Origin: Haliotis cracherodii
Lineage: Eukaryota
DNA length: 64,000 nucleotides
Assembly: GCF_022045235.1 (NCBI RefSeq)
Contig: NW_027266343.1
Span: 49,848,001 to 49,912,000 of the forward strand
Direction: 5' to 3'
Part shown: piece after piece, positions 11,946 through 23,419 of the stretch
Layout of the letters: each line of letters opens with the position of its first letter
How positions within the stretch are numbered: the stretch's first letter is position 1
Made by a program: the position numbers and the translations under genes
Notes under the pieces: model-generated
Database searches by the model: none
What the model saw: the letters and a program-made list of their open reading frames with translations, nothing else
What the model was told of the DNA's origin: nothing

Positions 11946-12119
11946 GAGTGTGAGTGAATGTGTGTGTATGGTTTTACGCTGCTTTTAACAATATTCCAGC
12001 AATATCACGGCAGGGGACACCAGAAATGGGCTTCACACATTGTACCCATGTCGGGAATCGAACCCGGGTCTTCGGCGTGACGAGCGAACGCTTTAACCAC
12101 TAGGCTACCCGACCGCCCC
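11946..12119 (-). mobile_element. Short tRNA-derived SINE family A
   Basis: Near-identical to 63765-63930; A/B boxes, (ACTC)n tail; also 13945, 16583, 21225, 30617, 31674, 51279, 54157. Confidence 0.9.
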
Positions 12120-13369
12120 GATTGGCTAATGAACACACACTAATAAATGATCATTCCCTTAGACCAATAAGGGCTGAAATATCGAATATAATAACGTTCC
12201 GATAATGTGCATTTTAGTGATCCTCACAGTTGATAAGTCATTGGAAGAAACATAACACCGTCTATTGTTCCAGACGTCAGTGGTGTTAAATCATCAGAAC
12301 AAGTTTCGGTTCGAATCCCTGATTCGCCTTGGTGTCATGCCCATGTTTATCGACTTCACCAAAGTTGTAAACCTCTGAGCAGACGCGCATCACTTTGGGC
12401 CCGCATCAAGCTGACGCGCCTTGCAACTGAAGTGCTGGTCTAAGAACTTGAAACCTAGTCCTCCAATGTTGAAATGAGCGCCTGACCATAGGCCCGTGCC
12501 AGGTATATCTCGTCTCGGGCCCGTAGTTTCAAATTTGTATGGGTCCTTATGGCCTGCAGTAAATTTACGAGTCTATTAATAGACTTGTCACAAGAAGCTG
12601 CAGTTTCTTAAATGAGTGCCAGAAGAGTTTTGTCAGGGCCGACAGCTTCTAAACACTGATTCGCCCGTCCTTTCATGCCAAACATGCTAAAGGCGGGTAC
12701 ATACTTTCTGGCAAAGGATAATATAAACATTACTCAGCTCGGAATTATTGAATATAGGTCCGTGACTTTCATGCTACATTCATTGCCATGGATATAATCA
12801 AACGTTGATTAATCGACTTGGTAGACTTAACTGGATTTACATTATCGTGGACAGTTTCGAAAAGGTCTACTTCGCAATTCTTTTGTTGTGTATATTCCAA
12901 ACAAAAGACTTGTCATTTTATAAATAAACAACGTTGCAAAGAGGTACCTACATGCGTCAACAAGCAAATGTTGATGCGAGGCCTAAGACAGTGTTATATG
13001 TTGAAAAAACATATTTTTTTGGTCCAAATGAAATTTTTTAAAACCGGGTGAAAACTCTTGCAAATCACGCGAGACGTTTCAGTAGAAGACAAACAGACAG
13101 ACAGAAGTGTTTACTTATCTCTCACTCATAGATACATTCAAAATACAAACAAAATACAAATACATGTTATGTACATGTATGACCACAATATCTACGACCA
13201 GCAGCACAGCGATTTATCAGGTACAATAGAACCAAAATAATAAAATACATAAAATGTTATTTTATGAGGAGACTAAAATAGCTAAATATACACAATATAT
13301 ATAACATAAAACAATCTAATGTATATACACGTATACATTCACATACATTACCCATATCAAATCTGTCAG

Positions 13370-13690
13370 CGCATAACAGGTTTTGGCAACGCAAAAGATA
13401 AGATCTGGGTTTGCTATAATACTAGAGTAAATTTGTCTGTACAAAACATTTTGTTAAAATAAGGTAGAGTAAAGTTACATGTAGTAAGACGGTTGGTCTT
13501 CTGGTCGTTATATATAGGGCATATATGTAAAACATGTTCTTCGTCCCCGATAAAGTCTGTACAGTTAAAACAATTTATTTGTTCTCAAGATACATTCTCT
13601 TCGCGACCAGTCTCTACTCTTAAAGGCGCCACTCCACATCTAAATTAAGCCAGTGCATGCATGTGAGGGGATGTTTCACACAAGGTTCAA
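13370..13690 (-). mobile_element. Decayed non-LTR retrotransposon ORF2 C-terminus
   Basis: Minus frame reads ALA*FRCGVAPLRVETGR...CFNC...DEEHVLHICPIY, a LINE C-terminal CCHC motif with in-frame stops. Confidence 0.75.
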
Positions 13691-13703
13691 CGACATAATT
13701 ATC

Positions 13704-13902
13704 ACGTAAGGATATGATTTATGGGTGAACAACTTCTTTATTATAATTAGGAGCGACGTTTCGGTGTAGGTTCCAACACCGTTATCAAGCAAGTGTTAGA
13801 ACCTACACCGAACGTCGCTCTTAATTATAATAAAGAAGTTGTTCATCCATAAATACTATCCTTACTTAGTACTCCAACTTATCAAAAATGCCTATCAAAC
13901 AA
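13704..13902. mobile_element. Penelope-like fold-back element with minimal hammerhead motif and 12-bp direct repeats
   Basis: Long inverted arms; gacataattatc at 13692 and 13903; minus strand TTGATAA-c-ggtgt..acacc-GAAAC-GTC. Confidence 0.65.
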
Positions 13903-14975
13903 GACATAATTATCTTTAAACAAGGTGTATGTCCTCATTTTATTTCTATTCCCGACATGGGTACAATGTGTGAAGCCCATTTCTGGTGTCCCCCGCCGCG
14001 TAAAATCATACTCACTCACTCACTCACTCATTTTATTTCTTCCTTGTTTAACGAAGTTGAGACATTAATTAGTGTCACGTGACTATGCAAGTCGGTCCTG
14101 TCGATCTGAGTGCCGCTCAACAAATTGTCCAATACACTTTATGTGTTTTTAATAATACATAAAAACACAAAAGTACGAATAGAGCACGACACTTGACAAT
14201 CATTCGTTTAGAGATGGTACCTCCTTGTTTCTCCCGTCTTTTCAGTGATGGAGGAGAAGTTGCAAACACTTGAAGTGACATTTCGGCCGAATAACCGATG
14301 CGACGTGAAAAAAACATTTTACTCACTCACCCTAGCTAATACCTGGAATGGGCCAAATACATCCCCGGAAGAGGCCGAGAGTTTTCCGAGTGGTAAATCT
14401 TGTCAAGCTCCTATCCAGCGCGTGACACCGTTACACTCTCGTATAGAGAGCTCCGCGAACGGGCTATCGCTGTGAGGAGCTTGGAATCTTGTACACAAAG
14501 GGACGCAACCTACTTCCTCATCTCGTGCTGGAAATATTGAGAAGCAGTAGAACTACTCTGAACTTGTAGTTGTAAAAGACAACGGACAATGTGACACAAT
14601 CATCGACAAAGATGATTTGGAAGGTATTCGTCTACATTCAATGCTCTCGTTACAGTTAGTAGAAATTGTCACATTATTTAATTCTGCACTTGCACGGCAG
14701 CATTTGGCAGTGAAGGTGGCAGATGCCTGGATGCCAGTTTCACTGCATTGATCTTGTCAATATCAAGCCTGGTGACGAATGCGTCAATCTGCGTCTGAAA
14801 GTCACGTGTGTGGTAGTCGTTAGAGATCTTATGGTCAAATTCACGTGAGATCACACTTCATGACTATATAAACGTATTGACGTTATTCGCCTATGGACTG
14901 GTGTGCAACGTAACCAATTATTTTGACCATATCCACATGTCATAAATAAGTGTTTTTCAAAGTATCATTATCATT

Positions 14976-15105
14976 TAAGTAAGGATAAGATATATGGATG
15001 AACAACTTCTTTGTTACAATTAGGAGTGACGTTTGGGTGGAGGTTTTAACACTGTTATCAAACAAGTGATGGTAACTTGCTTGATAACAGTGTTAGAACC
15101 CACTG
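14976..15105. mobile_element. Second fold-back copy of the Penelope-like element
   Basis: Homologous to 13707-13800; two inverted cttgataac/gttatcaa motifs. Confidence 0.6.
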
Positions 15106-15789
15106 TTACATTATGTTGTGTTTCTATGTATCACTTTTTAGTTTATATTGAAAGTGTATGTTCAATTACCTGAATTTTCATGAATAAAAAGCTATATGTA
15201 AAGGAAATATCTATATGACAGAAACTTGCCATATGACGTCTGTATCAAGTATATGGTACAAGAGAGCCTCTATAATAGTTATTGACAGTAATTAGAGATG
15301 AAGTGCGCACTATTACTGATATGCCATGATGTTAAATACCAATGATTACAATATGTATATTTCCTATTCAAAAACATGCAGATTTTCATCTTGTTGGCAA
15401 AGTTGACATAAGTGTCAAGTCAAAACTAAAATGATGGAATTAGCAACTGATTCCTGTGATCGAAAAAGCAAAACTACTCGTGACCAGCTTCCTGTATATA
15501 ATGGGTTTTTTCACATGTGGACGTCAGCAAAGTGGTAAAAAAATGTGCTAGAAAATTCCGGTGTATGGTTCTATTTTGGACAAAAAAACGAAAACATGAT
15601 CAGAAAATCAAATTACAGATGAAAGAATGCAATATAGTGTGGTACGTATCGCAATACATAAACAATTATTGCAAAATAAATTGCATTATGAAAGTCAGGC
15701 CTATAGGAATCACTAAATTAGAGATGATGTTGTCATACTTAATTCTCTCGTTTCAGTTGTAGCCAACGAATCTCTTCAGGAAGCAGCAA

Positions 15790-16011
15790 ATGTTTGTGCT
15801 ACGGTCTGTCCTCCTGATGGGCCGTATCACGTGGCGTGTGCACAACTGTCCATCTCGCGTGTGGGCGTGGGTCAAGAGGCACAGGAAATGGTGGTCACTT
15901 CTGTACAAAAGTCTGTTTTACAATGACCATAACTCTTGTAACACTGCCACAGACGCAATGATGGAACCAATGTTTTGGTGTGTGGATCATTTTGCAAAGT
16001 ATATGGGTCCG
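15790..16011 (+). CDS. ZDHHC16: Palmitoyltransferase ZDHHC16, coding exon 1
   Basis: SLFYN...DAMMEPMFWCVDHF N-terminus typical of ZDHHC16; acceptor at 15756, donor CCG|gtaaga. Confidence 0.85.
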
Positions 16012-16075
16012 GTAAGACTTCTTCTCTGTGTCTATCCATCTTTGCATGAAACCATTTTCCAGGCTATATGTTCCT

Positions 16076-16559
16076 CAATCTCATTAAAATCAGACCTTAG
16101 TTCTCGCTATCGCTAAACAAAGATCTGAAGACATCCCATTTGGGGTCACCTCAGAACGACCTTTCATCTGACCAATCAGAGCGTCGCTTACCAAATTATG
16201 AAAGTGACAGTCAGAATGTGATTTCTAAACATGCAATTTCGAAAACTTTAACACGGGGTATTCCGAAAGATAGTTACGGGTTTAACGACTGAATACATAC
16301 AATATAGACCATCTATTAGTCACTCCAGAATGTTCTTTTGTTTAGGTTTCAAATTTGTTATAGAAAATTTGTCAAAATATGTTTCGAAGCGTAGTCGCCA
16401 ATTTGAAATTAGTGTCGTAAAGCACGAGGAAGCTTCCTTCTGATTGGTCATTCCATTGGTCGGTCAAAGTTCGTGCAAGGTCGATCTGACCAGTAATGGG
16501 ATGTCCTCAGATCTTTGTTTAGCGGCAGCGAGATCTAAGATCTGATTTTAATCAGATTG
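16076..16559. mobile_element. MITE family M2 (long TIR CAATCTCATTAAAATCAGA...), 9-bp TSD
   Basis: About 65-bp TIRs; perfect TSD tatgttcct. Confidence 0.9.
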
Positions 16560-16582
16560 TATGTTCCTATGATTGTTTTTCA

Positions 16583-16744
16583 GGGAGGTCGGGTAGCCTA
16601 GTGGTTAAAGTGTTCGCTCGTCACGCTGAAGACCTGGGTTCGATTCCCGACATGGGTACAAGATGTGAAGCCCATTTGCCAATGTACCCCGTCATGATAT
16701 TGCTGGAATATTGCTAAAAGTGGCGTAAAACCATACTCACTCAC
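16583..16744 (+). mobile_element. SINE family A
   Basis: Full-length match to family consensus. Confidence 0.85.
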
Positions 16745-17206
16745 TTTTATTGTTTTTCAAATTTGCAAGCAGATTTATACATTTATCATCCATAGCTGGC
16801 TCCCACAGGAAATATGCTTGGGTGAGATCAAGCGATATCTAGGTTGTAGATATCGCTGCAATGTAATTGCATCACAATGCTTTATAGACCATTGTGACGT
16901 CATTGGTTACCATTACGTCACAATCAAAAAACATCACTAATGGTTCTACTTTTTACAATTAAGACACTGCTTATTACTGTCTACAAATTGAAAAAATTGA
17001 ATGATGTTGGATGATAAATAAAATCTCACCCTAGTGTCTTTTAATATCAATTATATCAACACTCTTTGATTTATTTGATATCAAAAGAAACTCGGGTGAG
17101 ATTTTCTATGTAGTAACAAATTGAACTAATGAATCAAAACAGGGGAAGACATCTCTTTTTAGGAGTAAAAAGTCATTTCAGTATAATATTTGTCTTAATA
17201 TTTCAG

Positions 17207-17398
17207 ATTATGGTAACAATGGTTGTGTTCCTGACGACGATGGTAGTGGCCATCTTCTATGTGTGTCTGCTTCCACATATTTATTACGAGTCTATGGCAG
17301 CTACTGTGTTTCACCTGGTGTTTGGGCACTGGCTGCTTCTCATGATCATCTTCAACTACATCATGGCCTGCTTCACCAGCCCTGGACACCCCCCAGAT
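17207..17398 (+). CDS. ZDHHC16: ZDHHC16 coding exon 2 (TM1-TM2, TSPGHPP)
   Basis: tttcag acceptor, GAT|gtaagt donor, phase 0/0. Confidence 0.92.
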
Positions 17399-18000
17399 GT
17401 AAGTACACCAGCCCCGGACACCCCCCTGATGTAAGTACACCAGACACCCCCCAGATGTAAGTACACCAGCCCCGGACACCCCCCAGATGTAAGTACACCA
17501 GACACCCCCCAGATGTAAGCACCCCAGACACCCCCCAGATGTAAGTATACCAGCTCCAGACACCCTCCAGATGTAAGTATACCAGCCCCGGACACCCTCC
17601 AGATGTAAGTATACCAGCTCCAGACACCCTCCAGATGTAAGTATACCAGCTCCAGACACCCCCCAGATGTAAGTATACCAGCTCCAGACACCCTCCAGAT
17701 GTAAGTATACCAGCTCCAGACACCCTCCAGATGTAAGTATACCAGCTCCAGACACCCTCCAGATGTGAGTACCCCGGACACCCCACAGATGTAAGTATAC
17801 CAGCTCCAGACAACCTCCAGTCGAAGTACCCTGGACACCCCACAGATGTAAGTACACCAGCCCCAGACACCCTCCAGATGTAAGTATACCAGCTCCAGAC
17901 ACCCTCCAGATGTAAGTACCCCGGACACCCAACAGATGTAAATACACCAGACACCCTCCAGATGTAAGTACCCCAGACACCCCACAGATGTAAGTACACC
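17375..18000. repeat. 32/26-bp minisatellite made from the ZDHHC16 exon 2/intron junction
   Basis: Unit ACCAGCCCCGGACACCCCCCAGAT|GTAAGTAC, about 21 copies including the real junction. Confidence 0.95.
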
Positions 18001-18155
18001 ATGCCACTGTTACATGCAAGGACACTTCACCACAGATGCCTTCCAGATGTAATAACTTTGTTATATTAATCCAATAATAAAAAGGGTTATGTATAGTTTC
18101 AAATTCAGCTGATTGTAAGTATCATGTTGCTTACTGCCTGACTCTGTGTGTGCAG

Positions 18156-18267
18156 AACCTGCCAGAAGTTGTCTCCATCTGCAAGAAATGCATCTCCCCC
18201 AAGCCTCCTCGCACACACCATTGCAGCGTGTGCCGCCAGTGCGTAATGAAGATGGATCATCACTGTC
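18156..18267 (+). CDS. ZDHHC16: ZDHHC16 coding exon 3 (DHHC-CRD)
   Basis: [29 protein letters not shown]; ends C|GTATCCTTT. Confidence 0.95.
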
Positions 18268-18307
18268 GTATCCTTTCACCGAGTCAATCTCCACACAGGC
18301 TGGAATC

Positions 18308-19215
18308 CATATTCCCGAGGCAAGGGAGTTAACTGACTGTCCTGTTTCCACTCTTGCCAAACTATGCTGGCATTATAGAGTTATATTCTGGCTGAACTAA
18401 CCAGTCTATGCATAGTCCAATCAAAATTGCTTGACGAAATCGACATCGGTTTCGTAAAGTGCCCAGAATTTGTTCGCTTGCACAATTTGCAAAGCATGTA
18501 TACCGCCAACATATGATATTTTCCAAATCATTTCATGTTTTTAATCAAGGTGCTCACGTCATCTGCTCGCGAGTACGCAGCCCGTGTTTTGATATTACTG
18601 GTAGCTGCATATTACGGCTGCAATGAGATGTCCTCAGATCTTTGTTTAGTGGAAGCAAGAACTAAGATATGATTTTAATGAGATTGTACATCTTCCAGTG
18701 GCAATGGCGTTAACTGACTATAAAAGTCCAGTTTTCACCCTTGCCAAACTAGGCTGGAATTCCGGAGTTACTTTCAAAATCGTGTAACGAACTAGACATC
18801 TGGTTCGTAAACAACATGGATTTCAACATGCAGATTTTGGTTGACATAAGGATTTGCAGAGCATTTGTACCGTCCACTTGGCATCGACTGATATTTTGCA
18901 AATCTTTTCATGTTTTCATATTTTTCAAGGTACTCAAGTTATTTGATGCACTTCGTGAGATAAGGCCCTTTTAGTTACAATATAGATTTTGATTATAGAT
19001 CAGATCGTCATGACTGGACGCCTCAATTTTGTTTGAGGCAATTGCAAGTGATATGAGAGGTGGAATTTGGTTGGTCAATAGGAGGGACATAGAAGGGACA
19101 AAACTCGTAATAGTCACTGGTGGCACCACAATCGGGCCTGGAAATGCCAGCCAGGTTCGGCAAGGGTGGAAACTGGACTTTCATAGTCAGTTAACTCCCT
19201 TGCCTCAGGAAGATG
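18308..19215. mobile_element. Composite of M1 fragment, M2 right arm and a complete M1 MITE
   Basis: M1 left end 18308, M2 right TIR ~18624-18686, M1 18689-19215. Confidence 0.75.
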
Positions 19216-19497
19216 AGGTCAATATTCTGGGGGGTCCACATTAGGATACATTGTTTCATCACATGATTAACCAATAGAATTGCAAGATTCTTAATAGAGG
19301 TATAACAGCTGCTGTCCTTGTTTTCGCATATTGACCACATGTGCACACCTGACCTTCTCACATGATGCATAGTTCTCCCTAGGGACGAATCTTATGCGAA
19401 ATGTATGCTATTCTATACTTGCAAGGGACCATTATTTACTAACATGAACCTCTCAGTGTTATCCTCGTACACATCTATACAGACCTATACTGTTCAC

Positions 19498-19740
19498 ATC
19501 CGTGAAGATTCCGGGGTAGAATAGGTCTTCAGCAACCCATGCTTGCCGTAAAAGGTGACTATGCTTGTCATAAAAGGCGACTAACAGGATCGGGTGGTCA
19601 GGCTCGCTGACTTGGTTGATGCATGTCATCGATCCCAATTGCGTGGATCGATGCTCATGATATCATCACTGGATTGTCTGGTTTAGACTCGATTATTTAC
19701 AGACCGCCGTCATATAGCTGGAAATTGCTGAGTGCGGCTG
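19498..19740 (+). mobile_element. SINE family C (tgtcgtaagaggcgact-type body)
   Basis: Matches 62440-62710; also 20614, 23555(-), 27615, 37823, 53086, 56160, 59655, 61805. Confidence 0.85.
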
Positions 19741-19786
19741 TTCCAATACATGTTCTCCTCCAGCTTGTTTTCCTCAACCCCCCCAG

Positions 19787-19920
19787 CGTGGCTGAACAAC
19801 TGCGTCGGCTTCTACAACCACCGCTACTTCTTCATGTTCTGTGTGTACATGTGGTCTGGCACCATCTACGTCAGCAGCGTTGGCTACAACCTCTTCAAAC
19901 AGCACTTCTACGGCAGCAAG
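19787..19920 (+). CDS. ZDHHC16: ZDHHC16 coding exon 4
   Basis: PWLNNCVGFYNHRYFFMFC; donor AAG|gtaaac. Confidence 0.95.
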
Positions 19921-20142
19921 GTAAACACACTCCCAAGCAGTGAACTGAATGTTGCTAACACAGCAATACTTCAGCTGTTCCATATTCATTTTAGTCTGTA
20001 CGGCCATCTTGCTGCTAAACTTCAAAATTATAAAAACCCTGGGGGGATTCTTGGTTTGAATAGGTGCCCAGCTAACTATACTGGTTGTAAGAGACAGCCA
20101 TGATTAAATTTTAGTCCCAGAAATAAAGTTATGTTATTGTAT

Positions 20143-20289
20143 ACAGTAAACTACATTTGTAACGAACTGACGAATATAACAAACATTTCTTGGACCTTTC
20201 TTGGGCCGAGCATATAGTTAATACGAACTACGGTTATAACAAATTGAAATTAGTGGTCCCTTTGAGTTCGTTATAACCATAGTTTACTG
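20143..20289. mobile_element. Tc1/pogo-type MITE (TA TSD)
   Basis: TA|cagtaaacta...tagtttactg|TA; related copy ~28787-28925. Confidence 0.7.
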
Positions 20290-20891
20290 TATATATATAT
20301 ATACTGAACAGCATTGAAAACACACCAGCAATAAATCTTGAAATATTACAAAAACAACTGGTCGATCTCTGGTGGTTCTTGTCTGCTGGTATCTGTTCAG
20401 TAGCCTGAGGACTGTTGAATGATGGCATTGAAACCGTTGTGTGACGTACCAACTTGAAGCATGCCCATGGCACGTTCACGTGTAAAAGTAAAGTAAAGTA
20501 AAGTAAAATCCAAATGGAGCCCAGAATAATGCTTAATTTCAGGCCTGAGGCAATCTAGACTTGCCAGATAATGCTAGACTTGACTGTGATTCATTTTGTT
20601 GTTTACTTTCTGGGGTTCAGGAGACCGACTCAGGCGACCAAATGGATCAGTGGTCAGACTTGGTTGAAAGTGTGTCATCGTACCCTGTCTTTTTTGACAA
20701 TATTAGTCACTGGAATGTCTGGTCCAGACACGATTATTTACAGGCCTCTGTCATATAGATGGACTTTTGCGACATTAAACAACAAACGGATACAATCTTC
20801 TAACCATTCCTAACTTACTGACTGACTACGTTGTTAACATCTTCAAGTGCCCAACTTAGTTTGTGCACTCAGTTAGTGTTGATTACAGAGG

Positions 20892-21186
20892 CAGGGACCC
20901 ATTCCACGTAGCACTACAACAGTCGTAAGTCTATGTTAAAGTGTGGGAGTTACGATCACCTTAGTGCTACGATAGCTTTGTGGAATGAGGCCCTGGTATA
21001 CAAACAACATGTAAGTTTATGTTAAAGTGTGGGAGTTACGATCTCCTTAGTGCTACGATATCTTTGTGGAATGAGGCCCTGGTATGCAAGGAACATGTAA
21101 ATCTATGTTAAAGTGTGGGAGTTACGATCACCTTAGTGCTACAATAGTTTTGTGGAATGAGGCCCTGGTATACAAGGAACATGTAA
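20892..21186. repeat. Small TIR element whose right end is triplicated (86-bp period)
   Basis: cagggacccattccac / gtggaatgaggccctg TIRs; units at 20925, 21011, 21097; related to 5282-5355. Confidence 0.8.
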
Positions 21187-21674
21187 AGCTTGTATTTTTT
21201 TTCTGAGTTGGTACTTGTGTTGTAGGGGCGATGGGGTAGTCTAGTTGTAAAAGCATTCACTCGTTGCTCCAAAAACCCCACATTGGTACAATGCGTGAAG
21301 CCCATTTCTGGTGTACCCCGCCATGGTATTGCTGGAATATTGCTAGAAGTAGTGTAAAACCATGCTCACGCACTCACAGAACCTCCTCCAGAATGTATTT
21401 TAACCATGTAAATAAGGTGTAATATAAATAAGATCTTAACCCAGGAAGCCAGGGACAGACAGAGGTTGTAACAATCCAGACAGGCTCAGGGTATAACATG
21501 CAATCAACTAAGTCAGACTCACAGAGCCTGCCCTTTAATCCCAACATTACTTGGCCCGGGCGACAAGCATGAGATATGGGGGAACCAGTTCTGAGCCGGA
21601 ATGCCCTTTTGCCAAGAGTTGCCATGGCGATAGTTTGCAGTACTTTTCTCTGTAACGGAATGTGTCTGTTTCAG

Positions 21675-21740
21675 GACATTGTGTTTCCTGGGATACTTTA
21701 TCCGGTGAATCTCGCCTGGGAAGCGTGGACCTCTAGAAAG
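21675..21740 (+). CDS. ZDHHC16: ZDHHC16 coding exon 5 (66 nt, loop region)
   Basis: tttcag|GAC...AAG|gtaaca, open, phase 0/0; little homology support. Confidence 0.65.
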
Positions 21741-22087
21741 GTAACATCCAAAAGGGATAATATTCTCTGCATGTTTCTTTTCCACAATATTTATCAACTT
21801 TGTTCAAAGACCATTAATTTTCTGTTGCAAGGTCTATCAGCGTGTCCGTAACAACCAAACTTCAGGTTTTATACAGAATGCAGAGAAAAATCATCCCAAC
21901 CAAAGTTTTTCTGTCACATGTTTTCAGGGTCTGAGGGTAAAACATTTATTCATAGGCTCAGGAGATAAACATACTGTGTAGATCTTGTTACTTATTGATT
22001 TAACCATGCTGAATTGTATTTGGAACCGAACACTTGCACATACTTTAAATACTGCAATTCTGCATTTTGTAACCGATGATTTTATGC

Positions 22088-22610
22088 TGCCTCCATGGTG
22101 TAGTAGATAGAGCATCTGCTTGGGGAGTGGGATCTCTTGGCCGTGCGACAACCTCCGTGATGAAGTGGATAGAGCATCTGCCTGGAGAGTGGAAGGTCGT
22201 TCCCTGGATCTCCTGGCCGTGCGACAACCTCCGTGGTGTAGTGGATAGAGCATCTGCCTGGAGAGTGGGAGGTCGTTGGCTTGATCTCCTGGCCATGCGA
22301 CCGCCTCCGTGGTGTAGTTGATAGAGCATCTGCTGAGGGAGTGGGAGGTCGTAGGCATGATCGGGCTGTGTGACCGTCTCCGTGGTATTGCTTGGAGAGT
22401 GGAAGGTTGCTGGCTTGATCTACTGGCCGTACCTTGTGAATAAAGACGTTAAAAGATGGTACTTGGTGTTACCCTGTCTGATGCTTGACATTAACAGGAT
22501 AAAACAAGGACTGGTCGGTTTGGAGTAGGCATAATATGTCTTAGTGGGGTATCCATGTTACACTGCAGCATGTTTCTCAGTGGGTTGGCACTATGACACT
22601 GGCAGAAGTA
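22088..22610 (+). mobile_element. SINE D with about five tandem tRNA-like heads (~76-bp period)
   Basis: Repeated ctccgtggtgtagtggatagagcatctgcc...gcttgatctcctggccg followed by the SINE D body. Confidence 0.75.
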
Positions 22611-22674
22611 ACTAGAAAGTATTTCAGTCTCCGAGACATATTTTTCAGATTGTGTATTATCGCTAAATGTTTTG

Positions 22675-23155
22675 CAATCTCATTGAAATCAGATCTTACT
22701 TCTCACTACCGCTAAACAAAGATCTGAGGACATCCTATTATGGGTCACATCAGACTGACCGTGCGCAAACTTTGACCGACCAATGGAATGACCAATCAGA
22801 AGGCAGCTTTTTCGTGCTTTACGGTACTAATTTCAAATTTTTCGACTACGCATCGAAACATATTTTGACAAATTCTCGATTACAGATTTGAAACCTGAAC
22901 AAAAGAACATTCTGGATTGGCTAATAGATGGTCTTGATTGTATGGATTTAGTCGTGAAACCTGTAACTATCATTCAGAGTTAAAGTTTTCGAGGTTGCAT
23001 GATTAGAAATCACATTCCGACTGTCATTTTCATAATCTGGTAAGTGATGCTCCAATTGGTCGGATGAAAGGTCGTTCTGACGTGACCCCTAATGGGATGT
23101 CTTCAGATCTTTGTTTAGCGGTAGCGAAAACTGAGGTCTGATTTTAATGAGATTG
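22675..23155. mobile_element. MITE family M2, 9-bp TSD, next to the ZDHHC16 exon 6 acceptor
   Basis: Perfect TSD aatgttttg (22666-22674 / 23156-23164); opposite orientation to the 16076 copy. Confidence 0.9.
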
Positions 23156-23173
23156 AATGTTTTGTCAAAGCAG

Positions 23174-23419
23174 GTGACACCCAAGGTGCCTGTGATAGAG
23201 GCAGACATGTTGACAAGCAGCATGGACGAGTTTCAGCCAGACCTGAAGGGACAGTGGATCCACAACGCCATCATCTTCGAGTTCCTGCTGTGTACAGGGG
23301 TTTGCATTGCTCTCGGGCTCCTCACCGTCTGGCACGCCCGCATGATCAGCACCGCGGAGACCAGCGTCGAGGTCCACATCAACAAGAAGGAGAGGAAGAG
23401 GCTGAGGAAGAAGGGCATG
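23174..23419 (+). CDS. ZDHHC16: ZDHHC16 coding exon 6 (TM4, ETSVE); NAGNAG acceptor 23171/23174
   Basis: FLLCTGVCIALGLLTVWHARMISTAETSVEVHINKKE; donor ATG|gtaggg. Confidence 0.92.

Larger units (their letters stand above)
18268..19786 (+). other. U12-type (minor spliceosome) GT-AG intron
   Basis: 5'ss GTATCCTTT; branch TTCCTCAAC about 10 nt before CAG; splicing restores DHHCPWLNNC. Confidence 0.9.

Noticed and set aside
11946-12119. tRNA-like sequences as tRNA genes
   Set aside because: Multicopy SINE heads with body and tail, no complete cloverleaf
17195-18025. 209-276 aa minus-strand ORFs
   Set aside because: Translations of the donor-site minisatellite
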